Shown one piece after another: positions 49,260 through 58,146 of a DNA stretch of 64,000 nucleotides. Made by a program: the position numbers and the translations under genes. The stretch's first letter is position 1. The number at the start of each line of letters is the position of its first letter. Under the pieces are notes generated by a model. It worked only from the letters and a program-made list of their open reading frames with translations, did no database searches and was not told the origin of the DNA. Source of the stretch: Candidatus Zixiibacteriota bacterium (GTDB taxonomy: Bacteria; Zixibacteria; MSB-5A5; GN15; FEB-12); NCBI GenBank assembly GCA_024278935.1, contig JAJRSF010000033.1:68122-132121 (forward strand). The letters run 5' to 3'.

Positions 49260-50455
49260 TTTGCAAATCTTGCTAAAGCATCTATAACAGAAGCAGTGAT
49301 TACCGAGCTACCGAAGTGGAGTGCATCTTCATCGACAATAAACTCAGGAGAATGCCAGGGTTTGTCGGCTTTGATTTTTTTATTCATAACTCCAAGACGA
49401 AACATCGCCCCCTTGACATGTTCTAAGTAGCAGGCAAAATCTTCACCACCTAAAACTTGCGGTGTATCTTCTATTTTGTTTTTTCCAAATAATGAAATAT
49501 AATTTTCTCTGATAATTTTGTTTGTATCAGCATCATTGACCAAAACAGGATAGTCCCCTTTGATAGTCATCTCAACTTTTGCCCCACGTGCTTTACAAAT
49601 AGCTTCAGCAATTCGTTTAACTTTTTTGGGGACTTCCTTTGCCGCTTTCGGTGAAAGAGTTCTGATAGTTCCTACTAATAAAACTTCATCGCATATAACA
49701 TTGCGAGCATAGCCTCCTGAAATTTTTCCAAAAGTAATTACAACGGGATCAATCGGGTCAATTTCTCTTGATACAACTTTCTGCAGTGACTCGACCACTT
49801 CTGCGGCAGTCACTATCGCATCGACCGTATGATGTGGTCGTGCGGCATGCCCTGATCTTCCTCGTACTATCAGGTCAAAATCGGTGACCGACCCCATAGT
49901 GACACCATCACGAAGTCCTATCTTACCAGTTTTCAGATGCGGGTCGACATGTAATCCAAAAATCATTTTGACATCATCTAAAACACCCTCGGCAATCATC
50001 GGTTTAGCACCACCGGGAGGCATCTCTTCAGATGGTTGGAACAAAAACCGCACCGTGCCACAAAAGTCATCTCTCATATTTTGCATCATTGACGCCACAC
50101 CAAGAATCGTAGCCATATGCATATCGTGTCCACAGGCATGCATACATCCTTTGTTCTTTGATTGATATGGAAGTCCGGTCTTCTCTAAAATCGGGAGTGC
50201 ATCAATATCGGTTCGCACAGCAACAATAGCTCCCGGCTTTTTTCCTTTTACTTCGGCAATAAGTCCGGTAGGCAGTTTTAGTCTTTTAGTTTTTATCGAA
50301 AGTTTTTTGAGTTCTGTTATTAAGTACTTTGTCGTTTCAAATTCTTGATTGGAAATTTCGGGATAAGTATGTAAATACCTTCGCCATGATTTTTGTTTTG
50401 GAAGGATTTTTAATGAATGTTTTAGAATCTTTTCAGCAATTTCTGTTTTAGCCAT
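49256..50455 (-). CDS. M20D-family amidohydrolase (N-acyl-amino-acid amidohydrolase-like)
   Basis: It has the metal-ligand motifs MHACGHDMH and FQPSEE. The 399-aa length is typical. Confidence 0.88.
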   Translation of the reverse strand: MAKTEIAEKILKHSLKILPKQKSWRRYLHTYPEISNQEFETTKYLITELKKLSIKTKRLKLPTGLIAEVKGKKPGAIVAVRTDIDALPILEKTGLPYQSKNKGCMHACGHDMHMATILGVASMMQNMRDDFCGTVRFLFQPSEEMPPGGAKPMIAEGVLDDVKMIFGLHVDPHLKTGKIGLRDGVTMGSVTDFDLIVRGRSGHAARPHHTVDAIVTAAEVVESLQKVVSREIDPIDPVVITFGKISGGYARNVICDEVLLVGTIRTLSPKAAKEVPKKVKRIAEAICKARGAKVEMTIKGDYPVLVNDADTNKIIRENYISLFGKNKIEDTPQVLGGEDFACYLEHVKGAMFRLGVMNKKIKADKPWHSPEFIVDEDALHFGSSVITASVIDALARFAK

Positions 50456-51180
50456 TAGTCTTCATTCGTTTCATTGAAAAACATATCTTTTCCTGCAAAT
50501 TTCTTTTCAATATATCTTTTATATTTATTTGCTGCCAAATGAGCATATCGTAATGGCTCCGGCATTCTAAAACCTCGGAGGTTTCGGCTTACAATATCTT
50601 TTGCAAATTCTAAATCACATTTATGTCCAGGTGAAATGAATAACGGTTTTACATTATCTTTAGTTCGAATTGCAACTCCGACTTCTTTGCCTTGATAGAT
50701 TATCGGCTGGCTGCTTCCTTTGGCACGATCAATATCTTTGATATATCCGGCGATCAATTTTCGCGAACATCCTATAGTAGGTATATCAAACCCAACTCCA
50801 ATCATCGATGCTACGCCGCAGTTTTTTACATGTGCGGTTCCATGTCAATGCACAATTATCAGATCAGGCTGTTGCTCTATTTTTTCAAGTGCTTTAATCA
50901 TTGCGGCACCTTCACGAAAATAAAACATGCCCGGGTTATACGGAAACGTTACTTTGCTGTAAAATGATCTTTTCTCTAACTCTTCAATTTCCGGAAAAGA
51001 AAAAAGTACGGCAGAAGCAAAAATAATATCGGCATCTTTACCATAGGTAGTATCTACCGAAGCAATATAGTTGATGTCGTCGTAGTTTGGAAGTATCTCT
51101 ATAAGTTTTGCAAGCTCACTTTGAATCTCAATAGCTTGCCCTCTTTCAGTCGGCCATGGGTGGGTGTGTACTAACTCCAA
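50455..51180 (-). pseudogene. nfi: Endonuclease V interrupted by an in-frame TGA at 50845..50847
   Basis: Track ORFs 50845..51180 and 50455..50805 share one frame. The junction reads DLIIVH-TGA-HGTAHVKNCGVASMIGVGFDIPTIGCSRK, against the family pattern VDGHGIAHPRR.G.ASH.G....P.IG.AK. The TTG start follows an AGAGGT RBS. Confidence 0.85.
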
Positions 51181-51242
51181 GCTTTACCTCTTTTGTGCAT
51201 CTCTATGTAAGAAACTTTTTCAAATCAAATTTTCTTAATAGT

Positions 51243-52142
51243 TTATTCTATGTTGTCATTCACGGTTGTCTTTAAACGATAAAAATTGCTCTGCTCAAAC
51301 TCTTTTGTTAAACCTTGAAATTTAGTCAAATCAATCCAAGGCATATTTTGGTTGTCATTAAACTTTGGAATATGTAAATCACATGCATCCGGGCAACCTG
51401 TTGCGACCAAATATTTTTTATTACCCGATGAATCTGTAATCATATGAAAAATAATATATAGTTTTCCTTTGCGACCTTTTGTATCAGATGCGATATACAA
51501 ATCTCCCGGTTGTAAATCATCAACCGCAATAGTGTCACATGACCTGGCTATACTTTTATAATCTACATTTTGCATAGAAAAAAGAATGCACTTATAATAT
51601 TCATCTTCGCTGTTTTCTTTCTCAATATCTTCTTTAAAAACTAATTCACTTTTCTGGTTATAAGCAGGCTTCCCTGCAAGCCATTTTTTATATGTAATTG
51701 CTTCACCTTTTTTAGGCATCACAGAAAAAGAAAACCGATTATCACGCTGCAAAAGATACTCACCAATAATACGCAGTGGAATTCCTACATCTTTGAAAGA
51801 TGGTCCCCGCCAAGGAAGATGAATAACCCGACTGACCTCATCATGTTCTAAAAATTTCCCGCCCCGAAATAGACCTACCGATTTATATTTGTGCCAAATA
51901 GGAAAATGTGCTACCCAAAAAGTAAATGAGGAACTGTCTTTAAGTTCAATATATGCATAGCCCTCAGGAAGTTCTAACTCTGATTGAATGGTATAAAGTG
52001 AATCTTTTATACTAAAAAAATTATATTTAGCCTGATAACTCTTGTATAATTCATTGAATTGATCGGTCTTTTCAGCATGAAGTTCCGAGCAAGTGGCTAA
52101 TAAAACTATCAGCAATATCGATAAAATTGATTTCATATTCAA
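51243..52142 (-). CDS. Secreted hypothetical protein (possibly DUF4846-like)
   Basis: The 299-aa ORF has a signal peptide. The family guess is from memory only. Confidence 0.45.
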   Translation of the reverse strand: MNMKSILSILLIVLLATCSELHAEKTDQFNELYKSYQAKYNFFSIKDSLYTIQSELELPEGYAYIELKDSSSFTFWVAHFPIWHKYKSVGLFRGGKFLEHDEVSRVIHLPWRGPSFKDVGIPLRIIGEYLLQRDNRFSFSVMPKKGEAITYKKWLAGKPAYNQKSELVFKEDIEKENSEDEYYKCILFSMQNVDYKSIARSCDTIAVDDLQPGDLYIASDTKGRKGKLYIIFHMITDSSGNKKYLVATGCPDACDLHIPKFNDNQNMPWIDLTKFQGLTKEFEQSNFYRLKTTVNDNIE

Positions 52143-52252
52143 CTCTCTATTTTCCTTTTAATCCTTGTACTTTAATATGCATTATTTTCTGCATAAATTT
52201 AATAGAATATACTTCTTAAATAAATCGGTTGCAATTAAAATTAGAGGTTGTT

Positions 52253-52675
52253 TTACTTAACTTGTTTGAAATAAACGAGTTCGGGGTCTTTTTCATCGAG
52301 ATTATATATTATACCACTTCGGAGAAACTGAGCCTGAATGAGTGATTTTTGCATTGGAATGTTTGATTCATTTGTTGATGTAAATAATTTGTCAGTTTTG
52401 CAGATCTTCTTAAAAAAACTAAGAAACTGATTACCGATTCCCTGTCGCCTGAAATCAGCATGTACATATATCATCTCAATCATACCGCATTCATAAAAAT
52501 TATAACTGAATACGCCATACGCAATGATTTTTGAATTAGCTAAACCGACATAACATGTGCCGTTTTCGACAACATGTTTTATTTGATCAATCCGTTTCTG
52601 GTTATTTTGAGCTACTTCATCAAATGAGAGTATCGCCTCAATATCATCTTGTTCAGCAAGTCTGATAGTTATCAT
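52253..52675 (-). CDS. GNAT-family N-acetyltransferase
   Basis: It has the acetyl-CoA motif RRQGIGNQFL. I moved the start to the ATG of MITIRLAEQDD, because the track start is a TTG 16 codons upstream. Confidence 0.8.
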   Translation of the reverse strand: MITIRLAEQDDIEAILSFDEVAQNNQKRIDQIKHVVENGTCYVGLANSKIIAYGVFSYNFYECGMIEMIYVHADFRRQGIGNQFLSFFKKICKTDKLFTSTNESNIPMQKSLIQAQFLRSGIIYNLDEKDPELVYFKQVK

Positions 52676-52745
52676 TTTAATATAATCTCGCCAACTCGAA
52701 TATCTACTTTTCAAACTGGTCAAAAGTTATTTTATTCTTCATCCC

Positions 52746-54386
52746 CTAATATATATAATGCAAGAGAGAAAGTGAAAAATTAAATCGAGTAGATTCATAA
52801 GAATTCGAATCTTGGTCTGAATAACTTATACTCCCACGAAGTGTCGTAGGAATACTGAGCCGATACTCTAATGAGCTACTCATCTCAATTCTCCAGGTTT
52901 CGCGATCGATCTCTCTTGTTGGTAAATGGTTCGTGCCATTAAATGTCTCACCGTATTCAAGTTTATACCGTGCAAAATTGTATTCTAAAGAATTTCTCCA
53001 AGCTGTTCTCGAATTATAAAAATAAGCTGTTTGCACTGCAATATTTATATTGTAATCTTTTTGAATCGCATTAAACCGATGAGTTTCAGAAGTATCATAG
53101 ATATTATTGTAATGATAAATATATAGATTTACATAATCTTCATAGGAATCAAAATAGAACTTTGCATCTGCCTTTGTATCAATTTGCCACTGCATATTAA
53201 TCGGCTTGCTATACTCAATCGAAGCGACAACAAACTTGGATAACCTCTCTACAGAGCTCTTTCGATAGTTCTGAGAAAAACTATTATCAGAAATTGTAGT
53301 ATCAACTGTATTGATTGAATCAACATGATATTGATATAAGAGTCTGTTTGAATGTCTATCTTCAGATAATTCTGATGAATAGTAGTCATAACTCATACCA
53401 ATCCCAATACTTTTTGAAAAGCCGAATCTTCTATAATCTTTAGGAAAAATCTGGTATGCATCTTGTACTAATAGCATTCCCTTGTGTTTGCTTTTTTTGA
53501 CAATTTTATTTTCTAAAAGATAAGAATAAATTGCATCAAATTTATCTATCGTTTTCAACCTTTTGTCTATTGTATGAGAATTTTCATATTGATAGATAAT
53601 TTTTGTAAGAGCAATCATCATTTTTTTATCAGGTTGCGTTATCAACAATCCATCTTTTTGCAACCCTTGTATAATATTATATGCAATGAAAGCATATTTA
53701 CCGACATATAAACGACCATCACCTATAGACAGATCAAATTCCACATCATAAAATTCTCTTTCAGTTTCATTATCATTTGAAAAAGAATAATTATTAAACG
53801 TATGGTAATCGTTTATAAGTGCATACCTCAGATCTTCACCTGAACTCTTATTTTTTAACGACCGATCATACCTGAACCGACCTCTAAAGTGAAAGCCATA
53901 AAAATAATTTTGTTCTGTAAATTTTTTATATTCAAAATATGGATACATCAAAAACCCGATATCTTTTAATGAGCGGTCAGTTTGATATTTATCAATTCTC
54001 TCGATAGGAAATCCATCTTCTGTAATACGAGAAGATTCCGATGTCACACTTCTGAAATTAGTCCGAACAGATAAAGTTGACCTCATATAATCTTCGAGAG
54101 TTTCTTTGATATAGGTAAGTCTCGAATCTAAACTTAAGTTATACGAAATTGAACTACTTTTTCTGTAGTCCCGAGGTTCTAGATCTATTGTATTGTCATT
54201 TCTGTCTTTACTCGCAGAGCCACTCGCTCTACCTCCCACAGTCCATAACAGGTCACTGAAATCTTGCGGAACATAATCTTCAATGGTGAAAGAAGAACTA
54301 GTAGAACTAGCAGTACTCGCAGAGCTAAATTGGAATGCACATAGCACAAAAGCTATCGCAACTAGATAACTTATTTTCTTACACAT
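52746..54386 (-). CDS. Hypothetical outer-membrane beta-barrel protein
   Basis: The 546-aa ORF has a signal peptide, an S/T-rich linker, Tyr-rich alternating strands and an aromatic C-terminus (HYIY). Confidence 0.5.
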   Translation of the reverse strand: MCKKISYLVAIAFVLCAFQFSSASTASSTSSSFTIEDYVPQDFSDLLWTVGGRASGSASKDRNDNTIDLEPRDYRKSSSISYNLSLDSRLTYIKETLEDYMRSTLSVRTNFRSVTSESSRITEDGFPIERIDKYQTDRSLKDIGFLMYPYFEYKKFTEQNYFYGFHFRGRFRYDRSLKNKSSGEDLRYALINDYHTFNNYSFSNDNETEREFYDVEFDLSIGDGRLYVGKYAFIAYNIIQGLQKDGLLITQPDKKMMIALTKIIYQYENSHTIDKRLKTIDKFDAIYSYLLENKIVKKSKHKGMLLVQDAYQIFPKDYRRFGFSKSIGIGMSYDYYSSELSEDRHSNRLLYQYHVDSINTVDTTISDNSFSQNYRKSSVERLSKFVVASIEYSKPINMQWQIDTKADAKFYFDSYEDYVNLYIYHYNNIYDTSETHRFNAIQKDYNINIAVQTAYFYNSRTAWRNSLEYNFARYKLEYGETFNGTNHLPTREIDRETWRIEMSSSLEYRLSIPTTLRGSISYSDQDSNSYESTRFNFSLSLLHYIY

Positions 54387-54512
54387 AAACCTCTCCCATT
54401 GATGAGGAATCTCTCACATCAATTCAAAATATCTTTTTATTATTTGCGTTTTGTTTTTTATTATCTATTTAATATACACATAAACGACGAAAAAGTCGAC
54501 TTATTTGCCCAA

Positions 54513-54545
54513 TAAAAAAACGGAGCTTTATAAAAAACTCCGTTC
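54513..54545 (-). terminator. Terminator after the PfkB kinase gene
   Basis: Stem acggag/ctccgt with a 12-nt loop. A 7-A run on the plus strand gives a T-run on the minus strand. Confidence 0.6.
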
Positions 54546-54598
54546 TAATAATTCTTATACTATTATATTTTTTTAGGAAATCGATTTTTTATTAACAC

Positions 54599-55543
54599 CT
54601 ACATCAACTTTAAAATCTTTTTGGCAAGAAGTGTCACCTGACGTTTTCGAATCATCTCTTCAGACATTTCAAAATCAGGTCCAACATTTTCAATCATAAT
54701 AGACGATGTACACGATGCGTAACAACCTGCCATCCGCAGATCTTTTGTTTTCAAATATTCAAAAGTAAAGCCTGCCATAAATGTATCGCCTGCTCCGGTC
54801 GCATCGACTAAATCGATTTCATACGGTGGGATATCTATAAATTCGTTACCGTCATAAATCACCGCACCTAGTTCGGCAAGAGTCACGATGACAACTTTTG
54901 GTCCCCACGAATGAATAATCTTTGCAGCTTCGTAAGGATCTTCACGACAATCAATCCCGGTGAGAACCTTGCCCTCAAGTTCGTTTGGCTTAACAAAATC
55001 AAATTGCGCCAGTGCTTCTTTGATACCTTCCGGTGCAGAATGCGAAATCCGATCGGACTCATCGGCAGACCTTAAAAGTCCCTGAGGATCGCAGAAAAAG
55101 ATTCCATCAAAATTTGCTCTGATTTCTTTAATTTGCTCAAAAGATACTTCACCTAAAATTGGTCCGATAAGAACAGCTTGAGATGATGCGTACCATTCTT
55201 TTTGAATATTCTCAATATTGTTTGCTCTGCCAAGTAGGTCAAGAGTACGGTTCCCAAAGTCATCGTAATAAATCAGCGAGAATCCGCCGGTCTCTTCTGA
55301 TGGTGTGATAATATGTTTGATACCAAATTTTTCTAAATCAGCAATAAACCGTTCTTTGTAATCTTCGCCAACAGCACCAACCAAATTTGTCTGCTGACCC
55401 ATTTTAGAGAGTGCGAGCAATGCGTTGGTAGAACAACCGGAAAGAATGCGTTCTTTGGTATCGACTTTTTGCGTCTTTATATAGTCATAGACTGGATTTC
55501 CAAAAGCAGTAATCAAAAGATAAACCTTTCTTTTCAAATTCAA
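54599..55543 (-). CDS. PfkB/ribokinase-family carbohydrate kinase
   Basis: It has the C-terminal ATP/anion-hole motif DATGAGDTFMAGF and a family-typical 314-aa fold pattern. Confidence 0.85.
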   Translation of the reverse strand: MNLKRKVYLLITAFGNPVYDYIKTQKVDTKERILSGCSTNALLALSKMGQQTNLVGAVGEDYKERFIADLEKFGIKHIITPSEETGGFSLIYYDDFGNRTLDLLGRANNIENIQKEWYASSQAVLIGPILGEVSFEQIKEIRANFDGIFFCDPQGLLRSADESDRISHSAPEGIKEALAQFDFVKPNELEGKVLTGIDCREDPYEAAKIIHSWGPKVVIVTLAELGAVIYDGNEFIDIPPYEIDLVDATGAGDTFMAGFTFEYLKTKDLRMAGCYASCTSSIMIENVGPDFEMSEEMIRKRQVTLLAKKILKLM

Positions 55544-55694
55544 AATTGTTGATAACTAACGGGATTGATAGACGTTTGTCAAGGACGGAATTTGAGAGAA
55601 ATTTCCTGCTAATCTTGAAGAGATGAAGAAAAGGGAGAGATTTTTAGGTAGCAAATGCCCTCATTTTGTTCTATTAACAAATACAAATGATACT

Positions 55695-56318
55695 CTAGAC
55701 TTCTTTTTTGTCGCCCAACACTTTTTGAGCATATCGTAGACGCTGAAACGCGGTAATGACCGATGTTGTCCCGACAATAATCAGAGCAAATTCAAGCCAG
55801 CCTGCCTTCGGCCAAGTTCCAATAGGAAGCCAATGTTCTACGATAGAACCAGCGATAATCAAAAGAAATTTTTCTGTACGCCCCATTATACCAACGGCAC
55901 AATTTTCCATCTTCCCAATAGACTCTGCCGCAGCACGAGTATAACTTGCAATCAACATTCCAAAGAGAGCAAACAAGCCCCAACCGGGGTGAACCGCTCC
56001 TGAGAGAGTGATGCCTGCAAGAATAAAAAACTCGCCGTATCGGTCGATGACATGGTCAAAAATCCCTCCGAAGACAGTACCCATATTACCTGCTCTGGCA
56101 GTCGAGCCATCGAGCATATCGAGAACCGAGGTGACCAGCATCCAGAAAACGCCCCAAAGCATTTCATATTGCCAAAAATAAATACCGGATATTATAGCAG
56201 TAAAAAACGAAACAATTGTGATATGATTTGGCCTTAGCCCAAGCTTGAGACATATTTTACCTAAAAAGAGTGAATACTCTTCATAATATGCTCGTTTTTT
56301 TTCATTTATCGTCGCCAC
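55695..56318 (-). CDS. CDP-alcohol phosphatidyltransferase (short, AIPS/PIPS-like)
   Basis: The complete motif D-x2-DG-x2-AR-x8-G-x3-D-x3-D is present in LDMLDGSTARAGNMGTVFGGIFDHVIDR. The protein is 207 aa with about 6 TM helices. Confidence 0.88.
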   Translation of the reverse strand: MATINEKKRAYYEEYSLFLGKICLKLGLRPNHITIVSFFTAIISGIYFWQYEMLWGVFWMLVTSVLDMLDGSTARAGNMGTVFGGIFDHVIDRYGEFFILAGITLSGAVHPGWGLFALFGMLIASYTRAAAESIGKMENCAVGIMGRTEKFLLIIAGSIVEHWLPIGTWPKAGWLEFALIIVGTTSVITAFQRLRYAQKVLGDKKEV

Positions 56319-56608
56319 TCATAATCCTTTATTTACTTTTTTTAAAGCAATTCCCTATTTTAGAACAGACATAAATATATGTCATTTCCCAAGAGCGGTC
56401 AACGTCGTTATGTAATTATTATTGAGGGGTTTTAAAAGAAAAGACAGATAGCTTAAGTAAAACAAAAATTGATATAACAGATATTCTGTTATTAATTTAA
56501 TCATAAAACTCAATTTTTTTGTAAATAGTATATCTCCATATCGGAATTGAAATAAAAAATATCATCAATCCAACGGACGCAAAACAACTTCCTACTAACA
56601 TAGCTTTT

Positions 56609-56944
56609 TCAACAATTATTTGGTTTACCGAATACCCTATACAAACAACAGTAGACACAATTACAATATTTTGTAATATTTGAAAATTTTAAAAAGTAAT
56701 TATCCAACAAATAAATCTTTTCATTTGAAAAATTATCTTTATATACAACTTGAAAGAGAGCTATGACTCCAGAAGATGTAATAATCGTAGTTGATAGTAT
56801 AATGGTTAAACTAAAGTCAGTTGAAAGATGTAAAAACTCTGTCATTAAGTAATAATATCCAACAAATGTTCCTAATAAAATAGTCCAAACAAGAAGTTGA
56901 TAATAATAAAATGACTTTAAACTCTTATATCTTTTTGCTTTCAA
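56609..56944 (-). CDS. Doubtful hypothetical membrane ORF in an extremely AT-rich patch
   Basis: The 111-aa ORF is hydrophobic at the N-terminus and low-complexity at the C-terminus. Another TM-like stretch follows in a different frame. I recognise no homology. Confidence 0.25.
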   Translation of the reverse strand: MKAKRYKSLKSFYYYQLLVWTILLGTFVGYYYLMTEFLHLSTDFSLTIILSTTIITSSGVIALFQVVYKDNFSNEKIYLLDNYFLKFSNITKYCNCVYCCLYRVFGKPNNC

Positions 56945-56977
56945 AATAATTTCCTCCGAATTTTAAACCATTTAATT

Positions 56978-57010
56978 AAAAAAGGCAGTCCGTCTAAGTG
57001 GACTGCCTTA
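56978..57010 (-). terminator. Rho-independent terminator 18 nt after the final stop of the PGI/PMI reading frame
   Basis: Stem ggcagtcc/ggactgcc (56984..56991 / 57000..57007). A 6-A run on the plus strand gives a T-run on the minus strand. Confidence 0.8.
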
Positions 57011-57027
57011 ACAATAGATATCACATA

Positions 57028-58146
57028 TTATTTTTTATTCGAAGCGAGCATACCTTTTAAGCGAGTGATCACTTTCACCGGTGATGGGTCGACATCATTC
57101 AACACTGCTAAATAATACGACATAAAATCACCCAGTTGAATCAGATAGAACATCCGTTAAAGCGATGTTGCACCGATCGCATTTACTTCAAGCACATCTA
57201 TTCCAAGTTCGGCAATCAGTTTATGCACAATATCCATCCGCTGTACAATCTGATTATGGTCATCGGAATCATGTAACTGAATTACAATAAAATTCTTCTT
57301 GAGTTTTTTCATCTGGTCAGCCCAACCGACTAATTCATTATGATTAAACTCGGCATATTGATTTGCAAAAGCCATGTTTTTAGCATTCTCATAAACCTGA
57401 CCTTTCCATCGCACACCAATAACATCGGTAATCGTAGGACCGGAATAGATCAGAGGAATTTTACCAAAAACTGATTTTGCTAATTTTTTCGCAGGGTTAC
57501 TGTCAATATCGTTATCTTCGATAAATTCCTGACGAGTCGTTTTCAAAAGAGTAATAGCAGATTCGACTTCTTTGGTTAGCCCTTTGAATAAATTTATTTT
57601 TTAAAAAAACAATAATGTCGGAACAAATGAATAACAAATGGCTGCTCGTGGTTGGAGACCTTCAGGAAGTTTTGCCATAGGTATTTCATTAAACTTACAA
57701 ACATCTTCAAGCATTCCGCCGGTTGAAATCGCAGCAATCATTGCTTTCCGTCCGATAGCATCGTCGAGTGCTGCCAAAGTTTCTTCGGTGTTGCCACTAT
57801 AAGATGATACAATTACAAGAGTCTCATCGTCGACATATTCCGGTAACTCATAATTTCTAACAACTTGAAATGGTATCAACAATTTTGAAGCAAGATACGA
57901 CCGTACCAAATCACCACCGATAGCCGAACCGCCCATTCCGATAACGACAATATTTTTTACTTCAGGAAAATCATCTGCATTGATCTCCCATTTCTTACTT
58001 ATTTTGAGAGCCTCTTCCATCTGCTCCGGTAGATCAAAAATACGATTATACATATTTTCGGGATCTACTGCCCTTATTTTTTCAATATCATTGAGTACAG
58101 ACAATCTATTATTTCCTTTTCGAAAGGGTTTTCTTTTCAAGTTCAA
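57028..58146 (-). pseudogene. Bifunctional phosphoglucose/phosphomannose isomerase (SIS family) with two in-frame TAA codons
   Basis: One frame carries three pieces. They are the SIS N-domain (GMGGSAIGG, SYSGNTEE), then TAA at 57601..57603, then the middle piece, then TAA at 57157..57159, then the conserved tail RMFYLIQLGDFMSYYLAVLNDVDPSPVKVITRLK. A TTG at 58104 is an alternative start. Confidence 0.85.

Noticed and set aside
50845-50847. Whether TGA is reassigned to Gly or Trp (genetic code 25 or 4), or whether any stop codon is reassigned, given the in-frame TGA, TAG and TAA in conserved genes.
   Set aside because: All three stop codons also terminate many well-conserved genes at their expected ends. 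TGA ends nadB, waaA, tmk, the GGGPS homologue, dprA and obg. TAG ends clpX, alaS and the polyprenyl synthase. TAA ends most of the others. A reassigned code would give systematic read-through extensions, and none are seen.
50845-50847. Whether the nfi TGA, or the TGA at 63224, encodes selenocysteine.
   Set aside because: In nfi the codon aligns with the structural Gly of the DG motif, not with a redox Cys position. Endonuclease V is not a known selenoprotein. I see no convincing SECIS-like hairpin immediately 3' of either TGA.
56320-57000. Whether the very AT-rich patch holding ORF 56609..56944 is a horizontally acquired islet or a toxin/abortive-infection-type small membrane gene.
   Set aside because: I found no flanking repeats, integrase, tRNA target or partner gene. 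The ORF is low-complexity and may simply be degraded or non-coding spacer. I kept it only as a low-confidence feature.
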